The notes beneath the pieces were generated by a model, which worked only from the letters and a program-made list of their open reading frames with translations, searched no databases and was not told where the DNA came from. From Chiloscyllium plagiosum (taxonomy: Eukaryota), in the NCBI RefSeq assembly GCF_004010195.1, contig NC_057718.1, positions 26,825,631 through 26,889,630 of the forward strand: DNA of 64,000 nt, read 5' to 3'. A program made the translations under genes and the position numbers. Shown here piece by piece: positions 13,023 to 27,000 of the stretch. The first letter of the stretch is position 1. Every line of letters begins with the position of its first letter.

Positions 13023-14445
13023 AATATTGTCATTTATTGTAAGGAAAATAGTTTTTCTGCTAAGTTGTAAAGAGTACCGGTAAGACCATCGGTACTGAGT
13101 TTTGGTTTTATTATTGACAGGAAGGATGCTGAAAGGTATTTCAGCTCCTGGAAGAGATTAGAATTAGGGGACGCAGTTTCAAAATATAGAGTATTTCGTT
13201 TAACACAGAGATGTGGAAAAATTCTCAAATTGCAAGTCTTTAGATTCTCTTGCTCCGACAGTAGTGGAGCCATTAAATACTTTTAAAGCAGAAGTAGATA
13301 GATTCTTGTCTAAGAAAAGAGTCTAAATTATCACGAGTGAGCAGGAATTTAGAGTTGAAACCACAATCAGATCAGCCATGAGCTTATTGAATGACAGAGC
13401 ACTCCTGCTATTAATTCATAAGTTTATATCCGTGCCCTCTACCATTTGTGGATGTAATAGTGTTTCACCATGTGAAGGTTCTATCTCAATATTAACCCTT
13501 AAATTACACTGTGTATCTTTAGCATTAATGTCTTCTTTATGTTCCTCCACTGACTGATCTATTGGCAGTTGCACTTTTCAATGATCAGAAAGGGAAAGGC
13601 ACCATGATTGCAGTCTGGGAAGGTGGGAATAAAATAAAAGGTACATGCTTATACCATCTGCATCTTGTAAAATAAAAGAAACTGACAGATGTTGGGAGGG
13701 GGATAAGCAGAAGGATATTGTCTCCCACAATTTCATCTACTCTACTGATCACAGTCATTCATAGTAAGGGGCAGCTGATAATGCACAGTAACATATTATC
13801 CATAAGGGTTCGTGTATATAGGCATGTTTAAGCTCCTGCTGCCTCCAGTTGAATGCCATTTTGTCCGGCAAAAGAGGGAAGAATGTCACTGAACGTTTTG
13901 CAATCCTATTGTGTAATGTGGCTGTCATGGTGAAACAGTTGGCTGGATCTGCAAAGGAAAAATATGTGAAGCTTGCAGTAGTGCTAAGTGTGTGATAGAG
14001 CATTTAAATGTCAAGATTGATGCCTGATGGATGGAGGTTGTTAGCGAATGATTGCTTTGTGCAGTGTCTAAAGTTCATGGTTGGATATAGAATTTGAAAA
14101 AGCATTCACTTTGACTGCTTTTGGGCGAATTGAACTTCTTGCATCTCTCTATCCAGATTCTTGGGATTTTTGGCAATGACTTCCACAGCTATTCACTTCT
14201 ACTGTTTCCTGATCACAAGTCTGGTGGGTTTTTTAGGCTTTTCTTTCAGGACATCTCTCTTACTTATAACCTTCTCAACCAAAATCTCTGGTTATTTATG
14301 CAAAAATGTTGGAGACCACTTTTTTTCTCATGCTATGTCATTATTCAACATTTTACAGGTCAGATTTACTTCCTGTAAAATACCAACACTCTCCACAACT
14401 GCAAGGCTCCTCCCTTTTAAGAAGTGCAGGATAATTTTAACTAAT

Positions 14446-15180
14446 AGAGTCAAAGAGTCATAGAGATGTACAGCATGGAAACAGACCCTTTGGCCAACCC
14501 GTCCATGCCGACCAGATATCCCAACCCAATCTAGTCCCACCTACCAGCACCTGGCCCATATCCCTCCAAGCCCTTCCTATTCATATACCCATCCAAATGG
14601 CTCTTAAATGTTGCAATTGTACCAGCATCCACCACTTCCTCTGGCAGCTCATTCCATACGCGTACCACCCTCTGTGTGAAAATGTTGCCCCTTAGGTCTC
14701 TTTTATATCTTTGCCCTCTTACCCTAAACCTATGCCCTCTAGTTCTGGACTCCCCCACACAAGGAGACCAGAATTGCACGCAATATTCCAACAGTGGCCT
14801 AACCAATGTCCTGTACAACCGCAACATGACCTCCCAACTCCTGTACTCAATACTCTGACCAATAAAGGAAGGCATACCAAACGCCGCCTTCACTATCCTA
14901 TCTATCTGCAACTCCACTTTCAAGGAGCTATGAACCTGCACTCCAAGTCTCTTTGTTCAGCAACACTCCCTAGGACCTTACCATTAAGTGTATAAGTCCT
15001 GCTAAGATTTGCTTTCCCAAAATGCAGCACCTCGCATTTATGTGAATTAAACTCCATCTGCCACTTCTCAGCCCATTGGCCCATCTGGTCCAGATCCTGT
15101 TGTAATGAGGTAACCCTCTTCGCTGTCCACTACACCTCCAATTTTGGTGTCATCTGCAAACTTACTAACTGTACCTCTTA
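14446..15180 (-). mobile_element. CR1 3' fragment with internal deletion
   Basis: ORF 14531-14941 fuses VQFWSP directly to VGESRTRGH. Confidence 0.92.
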
Positions 15181-15649
15181 ATGCTGGCCGTTCACAAAAT
15201 TGGCCCCTCATTCAGGTGTTCAGCCATATAGGAAGGCTTTTAAAACAGCTGGCAGCAGTAAGTTGTTATGGTGCCTGTGTGACATCACGATCATATAGGA
15301 TAATCATGCTTCACAATCCCAGAGTACATTCTTGAAGCCTGTTGAACTTAGTAGCATCAGCAATCCCCAACACCATGCTCCCTCCCCCAGAAAATACCAG
15401 AATAAATAAAACTAAAATGACATTGTACAATAATATATGATGTAATTTCATCAAGTTAATCATCTTTAAGTGATTTTCTCAATAGCCTAAGTTTAGAGGT
15501 GATATATTTTGTCCAGAGCTGAACTTTTGAACCAGGAGCACACTTAATTTTTCAGAATATCATTTGTGCACTTGATAATACTAATGATCAATGCAGCAGT
15601 AATAGAAACTTAATTGGAGAGATTCAAACATGGAGCAAAATTTGCATTA

Positions 15650-15955
15650 TTTTATTCATTCATGGGATAAGAGCATCGCTGGCTAAGCTAACATTTATTG
15701 CCCGTCACAGAGGGCAGTTAAGAGTCAATCACATTGTTTTGGGTCTGGAGTCACACATAGGCTAGACCAGGTAAGGATGGCAGTTTCCCTTCCTAAAGGA
15801 CAGGAGTGAACCAGATGGGTTTTCCGATGATCAACAATGGTTTCATGGTCATCATTAGACTCTTAATTCCAGTTTTTTATTGAATTCAAATTCCACCATT
15901 TGCTGTGATTCAGACTTGGTCCCTGGAGTATTACCTGGATCTGTGGATTAACTGT
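15650..15955 (-). mobile_element. SacSINE1/DeuSINE-type SINE (other copies at about 21660-21830, 34830-35105 and 56221-56460)
   Basis: Recurrent motifs ttattcattcatggga...tcgctggc, gactcttaactgccctct, aacccatctggttcact and tgaattcaaattccacc. Confidence 0.75.
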
Positions 15956-16336
15956 TCACTGTGCACGCACGCACACACATACTTACCAGAGTAGAACAGA
16001 AGACATTAATAGAACAGTTTAATATTAACTATCAACAGATATATTTTTACAAAATTCTGCACCTTATAAATGATAGCGAAACAAAATAATTGTGAACTCT
16101 TGGTTTAACTATTTATGTTCACTTGAATAGGTAACATATTTTTACTCATTCAACACCCTGTTTAACTCAATATAAGCAAGGATTTCAATGTTTTTCTTGA
16201 AATTTGTTGAAACACGAAGCAAAATTAACTTTTTATTCAGAATGCATTTTTTGGCAAGACTTAAACAGTTACTTATCAGTTTATTTTGAATTGCAGATAG
16301 CAACTGCAAACTGACAAATAAAGATGGAATACTTAC

Positions 16337-16520
16337 CAGTTTGTATCATACTGAAAGAATTTTTAAAGCTGCAAAGTTGGAATAGTACTTGTTCACATTG
16401 GATTATTGATACAAGAAAGCAGTTTGGGGCAAAGAATGTTGATTTATCTATGCCGAAATCACAATGAACTACTGACTGAAATCAGATTCAACCAGTACAA
16501 CGATCACCACCATGGTGCTG
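16337..16520 (-). other. Candidate alternative first exon encoding MIQT(G), in frame with the 2238 exon
   Basis: Donor CTG|gtaagtat at 16337. ATG ATA CAA ACT G (16349-16337) is phase 1 and joins GG GCT of the 2238 exon. TATTTAAA at 16555-16548. The 5' end is estimated. Confidence 0.45.
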
Positions 16521-16547
16521 CTGTGGAACATTCACGAGCTGAGAATC

Positions 16548-16555
16548 TTTAAATA
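16548..16555 (-). promoter_or_regulatory. TATA-like box (TATTTAAA)
   Basis: Lies about 210 bp upstream of a consensus splice donor in repeat-free sequence. Confidence 0.35.
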
Positions 16556-18000
16556 GCCTGGCAGCTATTTCAGGTGCTGAAAATCCTTCCAAGTACTTAA
16601 TGCGCTTGTAGATCATATGAACTTTTGAACACTATTCAAACTACTTTGATATCCAGTAGAATGTCAGAAACCGCTGCTGTATAATATTGTTCAATCTAAG
16701 CTTCATAACAGATACAATCTTTAACCATTTTATGTCAGAAATGTTAAAAATAAACTGCATTGACTGTGAAGATCAATGAAGACAAATATGCAACTGAAAT
16801 CTTGCATGACAGAGGTTTAATTTGCAGCAAAATCCTTCAGTTGATATAAATTTGAAAAATACATGTTCATTTTAAAGATTGACTGAATGCATACTTCACA
16901 AATGAAATATTAATCTTGCAAGAATCTGAAATAAAATCTCAATTGCAGCTCAAATATCGAACGCATTCCTTGAATAACCAAGAACAAGTTTTTTGTATAA
17001 ATAAAATTAAATTTCTTCTGTTGTACAGTTCTGCTTAACATTTGACCATGAACTTCTATTTAAGCAGCTGCATTAAACTGCAATTGAAAGCTTAAATTTT
17101 TCATATAAAAAAATCAAATATCCTTCTGTAATAAAATTTTTAAAAAGTTGAATTGCAATGCTGCACATGTAGCCCGCAAAATCAATGTTTAGTTTTAGGT
17201 CAGGTAAGTGTCTGCATTCAGCCCTGTTCAAATACAAGGGGACAATAGATGGATTTGTCCTTCAAATCTCAGAAGTAACCAGCAAGATATAATCAAACCT
17301 GTCAAAAGGATACAGCAGTAATCATGGAGAATTTTAATCTACATTTAGACTTGTAACATCAGATGGGCAAAGGATTCTAGTTGAGCATATTATTATGCAA
17401 TAATATCGGATTAATTAATTACCTTAGATGTACACAGCCCTGGGTAACAGCAATCATAATATGAATTCCATATTCAGTTTGAGGAAAACAAAAGTGGGTC
17501 AAAGATTAGTATCATAAAATAAACAAAGGGCAATGATGATGGGATGAAAGCCCTGATTGTGAATCTTTGGAACTCAATGCCATAAAGAAATGTGGGGGCA
17601 GGGCCTTGGTGTATATCTAAGGCTGAGACACATAGATTCTTGTTCAGTAAGGGAATCAAGGATTATGGGGAAAGGGCAGGAAAGTAAACATAAGAGTGAC
17701 ATTCAGCCATGATCCTATCAAATGGCGGAACTGGCTTTCAAGAGAGCTGCTGCCAGATACACAGATTGTACTGGTGGTATTGGCATTCACAAAACAATAG
17801 TGATGGAGTAGATCCAGTCCCCAGGAGGAAGATGGAGGAAGACTCCCTGGTGCAGAGAAAGGCGCAGGGCACCACTGGCTCCTAAAAAAATTTCTGAGAA
17901 GGAAATCCAGTGGAAAGTATTCATAATACATAGCCCGAATATAAAATTAGCGTGAATTTTGTAGGTATTTGCCCTATAGAAAACAAGTATGGAATTAATT

Positions 18001-18443
18001 AATGCTAAATTGCCCATAGCGTTAGGTGAAGGGGTAAATGTAGGGGAATGGGTCTGGGTGGGTTGCAATTTGGCGGGTCGGTGTGGACTTGTTGGGCCGA
18101 AGGGCCTGTTTCCACACTGTAAGTAATCTAATCTAAAGGGCGGCAAGGTGGTACAGTGGTTAGCACTGCTGCCTCACAGCGCCAGAGACCCGGGTTCAAT
18201 TCCCGCCTCAGGCAACTGTCGGTGTGGAGTTTGTACATTCTCCCTATGTCTGCATGGGTGTGCTCCGGTTTCCCCCCACAGTCCAAAGATGTGCAGGTCA
18301 GGTGAATTGGCCGTGCTAAATTGCCCGTAGTGTTAGGTGAAAGGGTAAATGTAGGGGAATGGATCTGGGTGGGTTGCTCTTCAGAGGGTCGGTGTGGACT
18401 TGTTGGGCCGAAGGGCCTGTTTCCACACTGTAAATAATCTAAT
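18001..18443 (+). mobile_element. Tandem HE1/V-SINEs: 3' half (18001-18135) plus full-length copy (18138-18443)
   Basis: gggcggca start, A box tggtacagtggttag, B box ggttcaattcc, CR1-like 3' end gggccgaagggcctgtttcc and (taatc)n tail. Confidence 0.95.
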
Positions 18444-19357
18444 TGTGGAAAAAAGATGATAGCTGGATTGAGCAAATATTTTGCACTTGTCTTCACTGTA
18501 GAGAAATAAAGTCCCAGAGAAAACTGTAAGTCAAGAAATAGAAGGGAAGAAAGAGACCAAGAAAATTACATCATTAGGGAAGCAAATTTGGAATCGCAGG
18601 CTGACAAGTCCCCCACGCCCTGATGTACTTCATCACTGGGTTTTGTAAAGACTATCTTTTATATATTTCTTTATTTTTCATTGAGGGCTGAAAATGGGAT
18701 AAGGCTTCTTATAAACCTAAGATTATAGAAAGAATTACTGCACTTTTTTCCAACACTCATCTTAAGTGTTCCTCACACTACTGATTGTCCAAGCAGATGG
18801 GTTGTAGCAAGCGAATATGCACAAAGGGAAATTTGACCAGCGATATGTAGCTGATTGGTCTGTGAAACAGTGACTAGTTGTTGATGTCAAAGGCTTCCTG
18901 TCTGCCAATAACTATGTAATTGGCTCCCGAGTAGTTGAACAGCATATGGGTGTGAATGTTCAGTCGGAAGTCATCAGACCTCAAGAAAGGAAGTTGCTGT
19001 CCTTTCCTTTGCAGTAAAAGACGCTTCAAGCCTGAAAAAAATCAGTTTATTTATCCTCATTAGATGCAGCAAGCTATGTCTTTTAACCAATAAGTTAGAG
19101 ACTTTATAGTGTAAACCAGTCACTCAATGTCTCCTGCAAGCAAGTGGAAGTACTGGAGAAGGAAGATCAAGGAGCAGCAAGTCCTGACAAGTCAAAAGGA
19201 TCATCTCAGTGAGCCCCATCAACTGAGACCATTTATTGCCTTCTTAGTCATTCTCTCTACCCATAACACCCATTTCATATTGTGTCTATTTGTGTATGTA
19301 GGGAGTTGGGGGTTTATATGTTATAGGCTACTAGAAAAGGGATAGTGATACTCAAGG

Positions 19358-19488
19358 TGGTAAAAACAAGGACATAGATGCAGGCTCTATTCCTGATGAA
19401 GGGCTTTTGCCCGAAACGTCAATTTTCCTGCTCCTCAGATGCTACCTGACCTGCTCTGCTTTTCCAGCACCACTCTAATCTAGACTCA
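19358..19488 (+). mobile_element. Short PLE-derived element with canonical hammerhead core; 17-bp TSD
   Basis: TSD gatagtgatactcaagg at 19341-19357 and 19489-19505; CTGATGA-a-GGGC-tttt-GCCC-GAAACGTC at 19393-19420. Confidence 0.88.
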
Positions 19489-20279
19489 GATAGTGATACT
19501 CAAGGCCTCATCAACATGTACAGGCGAAAGCTGGAAGCCATTGACCAAAGATCGCTCATTCTGCCTTACAATGCGCTGGGAACTGAAAGTGTGCAACAGT
19601 TGCGACTGTACTCAGAGCTGGTAGATAAGTGACTCAAACTGTGAGGAAGGAGGTTAAGGGCCCACTGTTGTGAGGACTTTTAAAAAAGAACACTACACAC
19701 TGACTACACACATTATACAGGACAAAGACCAGTAGGATCCTTAATCCTGCCCATTTTAATGCAGTGACTCCTTGTTTGCTGTGAACTCCCTTCCCCGATA
19801 TTGCTGACCATCTCATTTACACCAACATATTAGGAGACATAAACCAGGCAGAGTATAGGGAATGTTGTGGGACAAGGATCCAAAGCCAAGTGTACACCTT
19901 GTTCACCATGCTTCCCCATGCTGTAATGGGCTCCCATTTAGAGCACCTTTGCTCGAAACATCGATTTTGCTGCCTGACTTGCTGTGCTTTTCCAGCACCA
20001 CACTCTCGACTCCCAATATAGATATCAATCAATGGCACATCCTCTATTGACATGAATCATGCTGGTACAGTTGTGTTCAGAGAACCTCAAAACACACAGA
20101 TGTAAAGGCAAAACAGTGAAATTTATAGATAGGAGAGAATTCATGTATCACCTGTGCAAGCAAAAACCAATTGTTGGGCAGAAATCAGTGATGAGCATGC
20201 ACAGGTGTTCAGTACTATTGCTATAATGTTGCCAGAGCTCATTACCTTTGCAGTATCCAGTGCTTTCTGACATTTTTTC

Positions 20280-21250
20280 ATATTACATGAATGAACTAAA
20301 TCAGCTATAAATGGATACAAATGCTTCAGCCTTGTCTTAGGCACTAATGTGCTAGGCACTCTTATTGCTGAGAATGGGGATATTGTTGAGCTTACTCCTC
20401 TTGGTAGTTATTTAATTGCCCACCACTTCCTTACTGGAATTTGGCAGCACTGCAGAGCATAGGTCTGATCTGTTAATTGTGGGATTACTTAACCCTATCT
20501 ATTACATGCTACGTCCACTGTTTGCAATGCATACAAGTGGTCCTGGTTTGCAGCTTCACCGATTGACACCACATTTTTAGGTATCCTTGGTATTGCAAGC
20601 ATGCCAACCTCCATTCTTCACTGAACCAGAGTCCACCATTTTTCTTGAGGATAATGGTAGAGTGGGAATATGCTGAGCCATGAAGAAATGCCATATGACA
20701 CAATGGAAGGTATCAATGTGGAGATGCAACTTTAACTCAGCAAGGTCAGGGACAGATGCATGTGAGACAGATAAGACTGGTGAGAATAAAGTCAAGTAAG
20801 TCTTTACCGCTCGTTCTCTCACGAGTTGCGACAGATCTAGTCTAACAGCCACATCCCTTAGGATTCAATCAGTCTGATCAGTAATGGAGTTACCAAGCCA
20901 CTTTGGCAATGGACTTTGAAGTTCCCTACAAAGAATAATTCTGTGCCCTTGCCACCCTCAATGTTTCCTTCAAGTGGTGTCCAACATGGAGAGGTATTAG
21001 CTGAGGAAGGGAGGTAGATCGATCAGCAGAAGATCTCCTTGCGGATGACGTAATGCTACAAGATTACATCAGGTCTGAAATCAATGTTAAGGATTCCCAG
21101 GGCAACTCCCTCCAGACTGTATGGCACCACTGCCCATGGGATAGGGGTGGTGGATATGGTGCTTGGATATTGGAAAGTGAGACTGTGAGAGTATGACAAT
21201 GTCAGCCTTGAATAGTCTGTGGAAAGGCTCAGCCAATTTTGGCTCCAAAA
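20280..21250 (-). mobile_element. Old LINE of a second family (CR1/L2 superfamily). Further pieces at about 1195-1420, 23630-24065, 28500-28640, 29140-30160, 31030-31470, 36880-37400, 38090-38320 and 42400-42830
   Basis: The pieces share motifs with one another. 30949-31203 and 31297-31512 translate to DAQFGFCQGQSALDL, RVTALNIKTAFDRV and KATGLDNIWAIVLKTC; 36947-37378 gives TTLKKLDTIQDKAA. Confidence 0.7.
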
Positions 21251-22959
21251 TGTTCGCTGTCACCAATGATATGCCAATAATTTTCAACTGCTCTTGCTCA
21301 CCTCCAATCTTTTTCATCTATGGATATGTAATAAAAAAGCAAATTTTCAAAAAAATTACAAAATCAATACTTGACAATTTTTTACATCTATACTTTCATT
21401 AACTTTTTGTCATTTTGTGTATTTGCTAGTTTTTAATCAGTTTATTAAAATATTTTTGACATTTCTTACTTCTACTGTGCATGCTGTTGGGTGTCAGCAA
21501 ACATAGCCTTTTGGCAAAAGTCCCCAGTGTAAGAACTTTATAGGGTGGACTGGACTGAGTTTGCAATTGTCGCTAGTCCAGTTTCATTCCTTTCTTTAGA
21601 TTCTGTAGCAGTTTTGACATAAATTCCAAGCTCTTTCTGAACTAATCCTTGCTTTGCAGCAGCAGTCACATATAGATCAGACCAGCTAAGGAGAACAGAT
21701 TTCACCAATGATTATGATGAGTTTTTTTTTAATTCAAAAGTCTAAAACTGCCATGGTGGATTCAAACCCCTGTCACCAGAACTTTAGCCTGGAACTCTGG
21801 ATTACTAGGCCAGTAACATTACAAATACACCAAATACTTGTTATCCCCAGGAGAGTAAGGACTAAAGCCCTCTGATGTATAATAGAAAAATGCAGTCAGT
21901 GCTATGACAGAAGTACCCTATCTATTGCAGAAGTCAGCTCAATCTATTAAGACCTGTCAATGAAAGAAAAGAAAAGCATTTGGGGCCTACAAAATATGCG
22001 GACTGCACACAGCGAATGTGTGTACATGAGTGAGTATACTCTGCTGCCTCCCCTTATTAAGTTCACCTCCAGAACTAACCTTACATTATTCAAATGTTGC
22101 AGTTGTTCTGGAGTTATTCTAGAGTTGCTTACACCAAAAGTATTTGCAGTGACTTTTATGATCAGCAGTGGCAAAGTTTATATTCATTTCTTAACAAATC
22201 TATTGTTCCTTCCTCCTCTTAGTATTAAATTATGAAGTAAAACTCTTACCTCTAACTTTTAGAACTTCTAACTTCCTGTCTCAATAAATACAATTCCCTT
22301 AGATTACAATAAAATTATATTAATATCTTTACATGTTCAAGAGCAGTTCAGTTCAAATCCATCTCGTGCTTTGATCTCATAGTTCATCATTCATTGCTTT
22401 CTGGCATAGCAACCCCATCAACAATAAAAGCACCTTGAATATAGAAACATTCATCTGTTGAGATCAGAGAGCATGGCTACATGACATAAATGAAATTTCA
22501 TATGATACTTATAAACCGTGAAGGTGTGTTTATGTTGTTATGTGATCTGCTTGAGGCATTACTGCTTTGTAACACATTCCAGCTACCATTGTCTTTTTGT
22601 AAATAAATTCAGTGTATTTTGGAATGGTTCCATTTGAATTCCACTTCAATTACTGTACATTCTGTAAACCACACACAAGTACCCCGCAATCAAATACACA
22701 ATCAACTTTATCCAGAACATACAGAACAGAACATTACAATTTTGTGACATTATTTTGAAAAAGAAGATAAATGTTAACTTTCTCTTTTTCTAGTTGCTGT
22801 CCATGTTGTGATTTTAGCTCAGTTGTTCACAGAACAAATATGCTGAGCAATCGGTGAAATATAATTATCCTTTTGTCTTAATATCATGTGACAAAATAGC
22901 CAACATCAATCCAATAATGCACCACAGTTCCTCACTGTTTTATATTAACTTGTAATATG

Positions 22960-23300
22960 CAAAGAACTGCAGCTGCTGGAGATCTGAAACAAACAAGAAA
23001 GAAATTGCTGGAGCTGACAGCAACTGTGAAGAGAAAACATTGTTAATGATTTTAGTCCAGTGATCCTTCTTCAGAACTGACAGCAGCTAAGGTGGTATTT
23101 ATGGTGATGACAGGAGGTGGTGGAGTGGAACAAGGAGTGAATAGGTGGAGAGTGGCCCAACCTAACTTCACCTATGCATCACTCGTTTCTGCTCCCACCC
23201 ACTGTCATAAGCAGAAATACTACCTTTTCCTAACTGCTGTCAGTTCTGAAGAAGAATCATTGGACTCTAAATCCTAATGCAGGCTTCTCTTCACAGATGC
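22960..23300. mobile_element. Old inverted pair of Penelope pLTRs
   Basis: agtccagtgatccttcttcagaactgacagcag (about 23055-23087) is the reverse complement of ctgctgtcagttctgaagaagaatcattggact (about 23234-23266). Confidence 0.7.
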
Positions 23301-24067
23301 ATGTAAAGGTTATTGATCGCAATCAAAAAGGACACATACATACTGCCTAAATTTTTCAAGTGGGTAGTTCAAGTTTATTCTAACCTACATTAGATTATTA
23401 AATTCACATTTTTAATCTTTGAGAAGCAAACTTTGTAGCTTCATACAGAAAATATCTACACCATTTAATACAGATTCCAGGCAGATTGTATTTCAGGAAT
23501 CAGAAAATTTATGATTAGCTTCTGGAAAAATAAAAAGTTGGTTTGACTATCAATATTAAAGAGAGGTTCAATAGATTGATATCAATTAAATTCAGATACA
23601 TTCTGTTTTATAGATCTTTACCAATTGATGCTATATGTTGACCCATAATACCATTACAGAGGGAATTCCAACATTTGATCCAGTGACAGTGAAGGAACGA
23701 CGATATATTTCCAAGTCAGGACAATGAGAGGCTTGGAGCAGAAATTCTATGTGGTGGTGTTCCCATGTATCTGCTGCCACTGTCCTTCCAGCTGAAAGTG
23801 GTTGTGGGTTTGGAAGGGGCTGCCTAAGGATCTTTGGTGAATTTCTGCAGTGCATCTTGCAGATGATAAACACTGCTGTGACACAGCGTCGGTGGTGGAG
23901 GGAGTGGATGCTTGTGGATGTAGTGCCAATCCAATGGGCTGCTTAGTCCTGGATTCTTGACTGTTGTTGAGGAAAGGGGGGAATATTCCACCATACCCCT
24001 GACTTGTGCCTTATAGATGCTGGACAGGCTTTGAGAAGTCAGGAGGTATATTATTCCCCACGATATT

Positions 24068-27000
24068 CATAGACTCATAGAACCATAGAGATGTACAGAA
24101 GGGAAACAGAACCTTTGGTCCAACTCATCCATGCCAGCACTTGGCCCATACCCCTCTAAACCCTTCCTATTCATATACCCACCCAGATGCATTTTAAATG
24201 CTGAATTGTACCAGCCTCCACCAGTTGCTCTAGGAGCTCATTCCATACACACCACTCTCTGGGTGAAAATGTTGCCCATAAGGCCACTTTCAAATTTCTC
24301 CCCTCTCACCCTAAACCTATGCTCTCTAGTTCTGGATTTCCCTTCCCGAGGGAAAAGACCTTGTCTATTTGCCCTATCCATGCCCCTCACAACTTTATAA
24401 AGATTACCCCTCAGCCTCCAATGCTCCAGAGAAAACAGCCCCAGCCTATTCAACCTCTCCCTGTAGTTCAAATCCTCCAACTCCGGCAACATCCTTGTAA
24501 GTCTTTTCTGAACCCTTTCAAGTTTCACAAACCCCTTCTGATAGGAAGGGGACCAGAATCGGACACAATTCCAAAAGTGGCCTAACCAATGTCCCGTACA
24601 GCCGCAACATGACCTCCCAACTCGTATACTCAATACTCTGTCCAATAAATGAAAGCATACCAAACACCTTCTACACTATCCTATCTACTTGAACCTCCAC
24701 TTTCAAGAAACCATGAACCACTCCAAGGTCTCTTTGTACAGCAACACTCCCCAGGACCTTAACACTAAGTATATAAGTCCTGCCAAGATTTGCCTTTCTA
24801 AAATGCAACACCTCACATTTATCTAAATTAAACTGCATCTGCCACTCCTCAGCCCATTGGCCCATCTGATCAAGTACCCGTTTTACTCCGGGTAACCTCC
24901 TTCGCTGTTCACTCCAATTTTGGTGTCATCTGCAAACTGACTAACTATACCTATGTTCAGATCCAAATCATTTATAAAAATGACAAAAGCAGAGGACCCA
25001 GCACCGATCCTTGTGGCACATCATTAGTCACAGGCCTCCTGTTTGAAAAGCAACCCGCCACCATCACTCTCTGTCTTCAATCTTCTATCTTCAAACCAGT
25101 TTGGTATCCAAATGACTAGTTCTCCCTGTATTCCATAAGATATAACCTTGCCAACCAGTCTACCATGAGAAACCTTGTCTAACGCCTTATTGAAGTCCAT
25201 AAAGATCATGTCCACTGCTCTGCCCTCATCAATCCTCTTTGTTACTTCTTCAAAAAACTCAATCATGTTCATGAGACATGATTTCTCACACACAATGCCA
25301 TGTTGGCTATACCTAAATCAGTCCTTGCCTTTCTAAATGCATGCAAATCCTGTCCCTCAGGACTTTTTCCAACAACTTGCCTACCAGTGACATCAGGCTC
25401 ACTGGTCTATAGTTCCCTGGCGTTTTCTTACCACCTTTCTTAAATACTGGCACTATGTTAGCCAACCTCCAGTTTCACAATACCTCACCTGTGACTATCA
25501 ATGATACAAGTTTCTCAGCAAAGGGCCCAGCAATCACTTCCTTAGCTTTCCACAGAGTTCTAGGATACACCAGATCAGGACCTGGGGATTTATTCACTTT
25601 TATGCATTTTAAGACATCTAGTACCTCCTTCTCTGTAATATGGACATTTTTTCAAGATGTCACCATCTATTTCCTCACATTCTACATCTTCTATCTCCTT
25701 CTCCACTGATGCAAAATACTCATTTAGTATCTCTCTCATCGCTACACACATAGGCTGCCTTGCTGATTTTTGAGGGGCCCTATTCTCTCCCTGGTTATCC
25801 TTTTTTCCTTAATATATTTATAAAATCTCGTTAGATTCTCCTTAACCCTATTTGCCTAAAATATCTCGTGTCCCCTTTTTGCCCTGCTGATTTCTCTCTT
25901 AAGTATACTCCTACTGCCTTTATACTCTTCTAAGGATTCACTTGATCTATCCTGTCTATACCTGACATATGGTTCCTTCGTTTTCTTAACCAAAACCTCA
26001 ATTTCTCTAATCATCCAGCATTCCCTATACCTACCAGCCTAGCCTTTCACCCTAAGAGGAATGTATCGTCTCTAGACTCTCATGAACTCATTTCTGAAGG
26101 CTTCCCATTTTCCAACTATCCCTTTACCTGTGAGCATCTGCCCCCAATCAATTTTTGAAAATTCTTGCTTAATACTGTCAAAATTGGCCTTCCTCCAATT
26201 TAGATCTTCAATTTTTAGATCCGGTCCATCCTTTTCCATCACTAATTCCATTAATTTTAAAATATAGTTGCCATAGAGCTCCCACACTAACACCTCAGTC
26301 ACTTGACGCCTTATTTCCCAAGAGTAGGTCAAGTTTGCACCTTCTCTTGTAGGTACATCCACATTCTGAATCAGAAAGTTTTCTTGTACACGCTGACAAA
26401 TTCCTCTCCATCTAAATCCTATGGCAGTTTTAGTCTATGTTTGGAAAGCTAAACTCCCTTACCATAAGCACCCTATTATACTTACAAATAACTGAGATTT
26501 CCTTACAAATTTGTTTCTCAATTTCCCGCTGACTATTGAGGGGGGGGGGCTATAATACAATCACAATGAGGTAATCATCCCTTTCTTATTTCTCAGTTCC
26601 ACCCAAATAATTTGCTTGGACGTATTTTCAGAAATATCCTCCCTCAGTACAGCCATAATACTATCCCTTATCATAAATGCTACTCCTTCCCATCTCTTGT
26701 ACCCCTTTCTATCCTTCCTGTAGCATTTGTATCCTGGAACATTAAACTGCCAGTCCTGTCTATCCCTCAGCCACATCTTTGTAATTGCTATGATATCCCA
26801 GTTCCATGTTCCTAACCATGCCCTGAGTTCATCTTCCTTCTTTGTTGGGTCTCTTGCATTGAAATAAATGCAGTTTAATTTATCAGTCCTACCCTGTTCT
26901 CTGCTTTGTTCTCACCTGCCCTGACTGTTTGACTCGCTCCTTTTCCCAACAGTATCAGTCTCAAATTGATCTCTTTCCTTACTATCTCCCTGGGTCCCAC

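Larger units (their letters stand above)
12125..13420 (+). mobile_element. Two old CR1 3' fragments, containing a tandem duplication
   Basis: FKEKLDTAL and 3' UTR remnants; ttttaaagcagaagtagatagattcttg and atcagatcagccatga CR1 3' motifs. Confidence 0.7.

Noticed and set aside
14050..14373. Minus-strand acceptor ttttacag| followed by Lys/Glu-rich sequence
   Set aside because: Early stops in all three frames and no convincing donor.
18138..18210. tRNA-like sequence with A and B boxes (also at 9.9 and 61.5 kb)
   Set aside because: SINE heads continuing into SINE core and tail; not tRNA genes.
18780..19340. LTR-like sequence
   Set aside because: No paired LTR, primer-binding site or TG..CA boundaries that I could fix.
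21900..21975. Strong minus-strand polypyrimidine tract and acceptor at 21953
   Set aside because: No good downstream donor and early stops; at most a UTR or cryptic exon.
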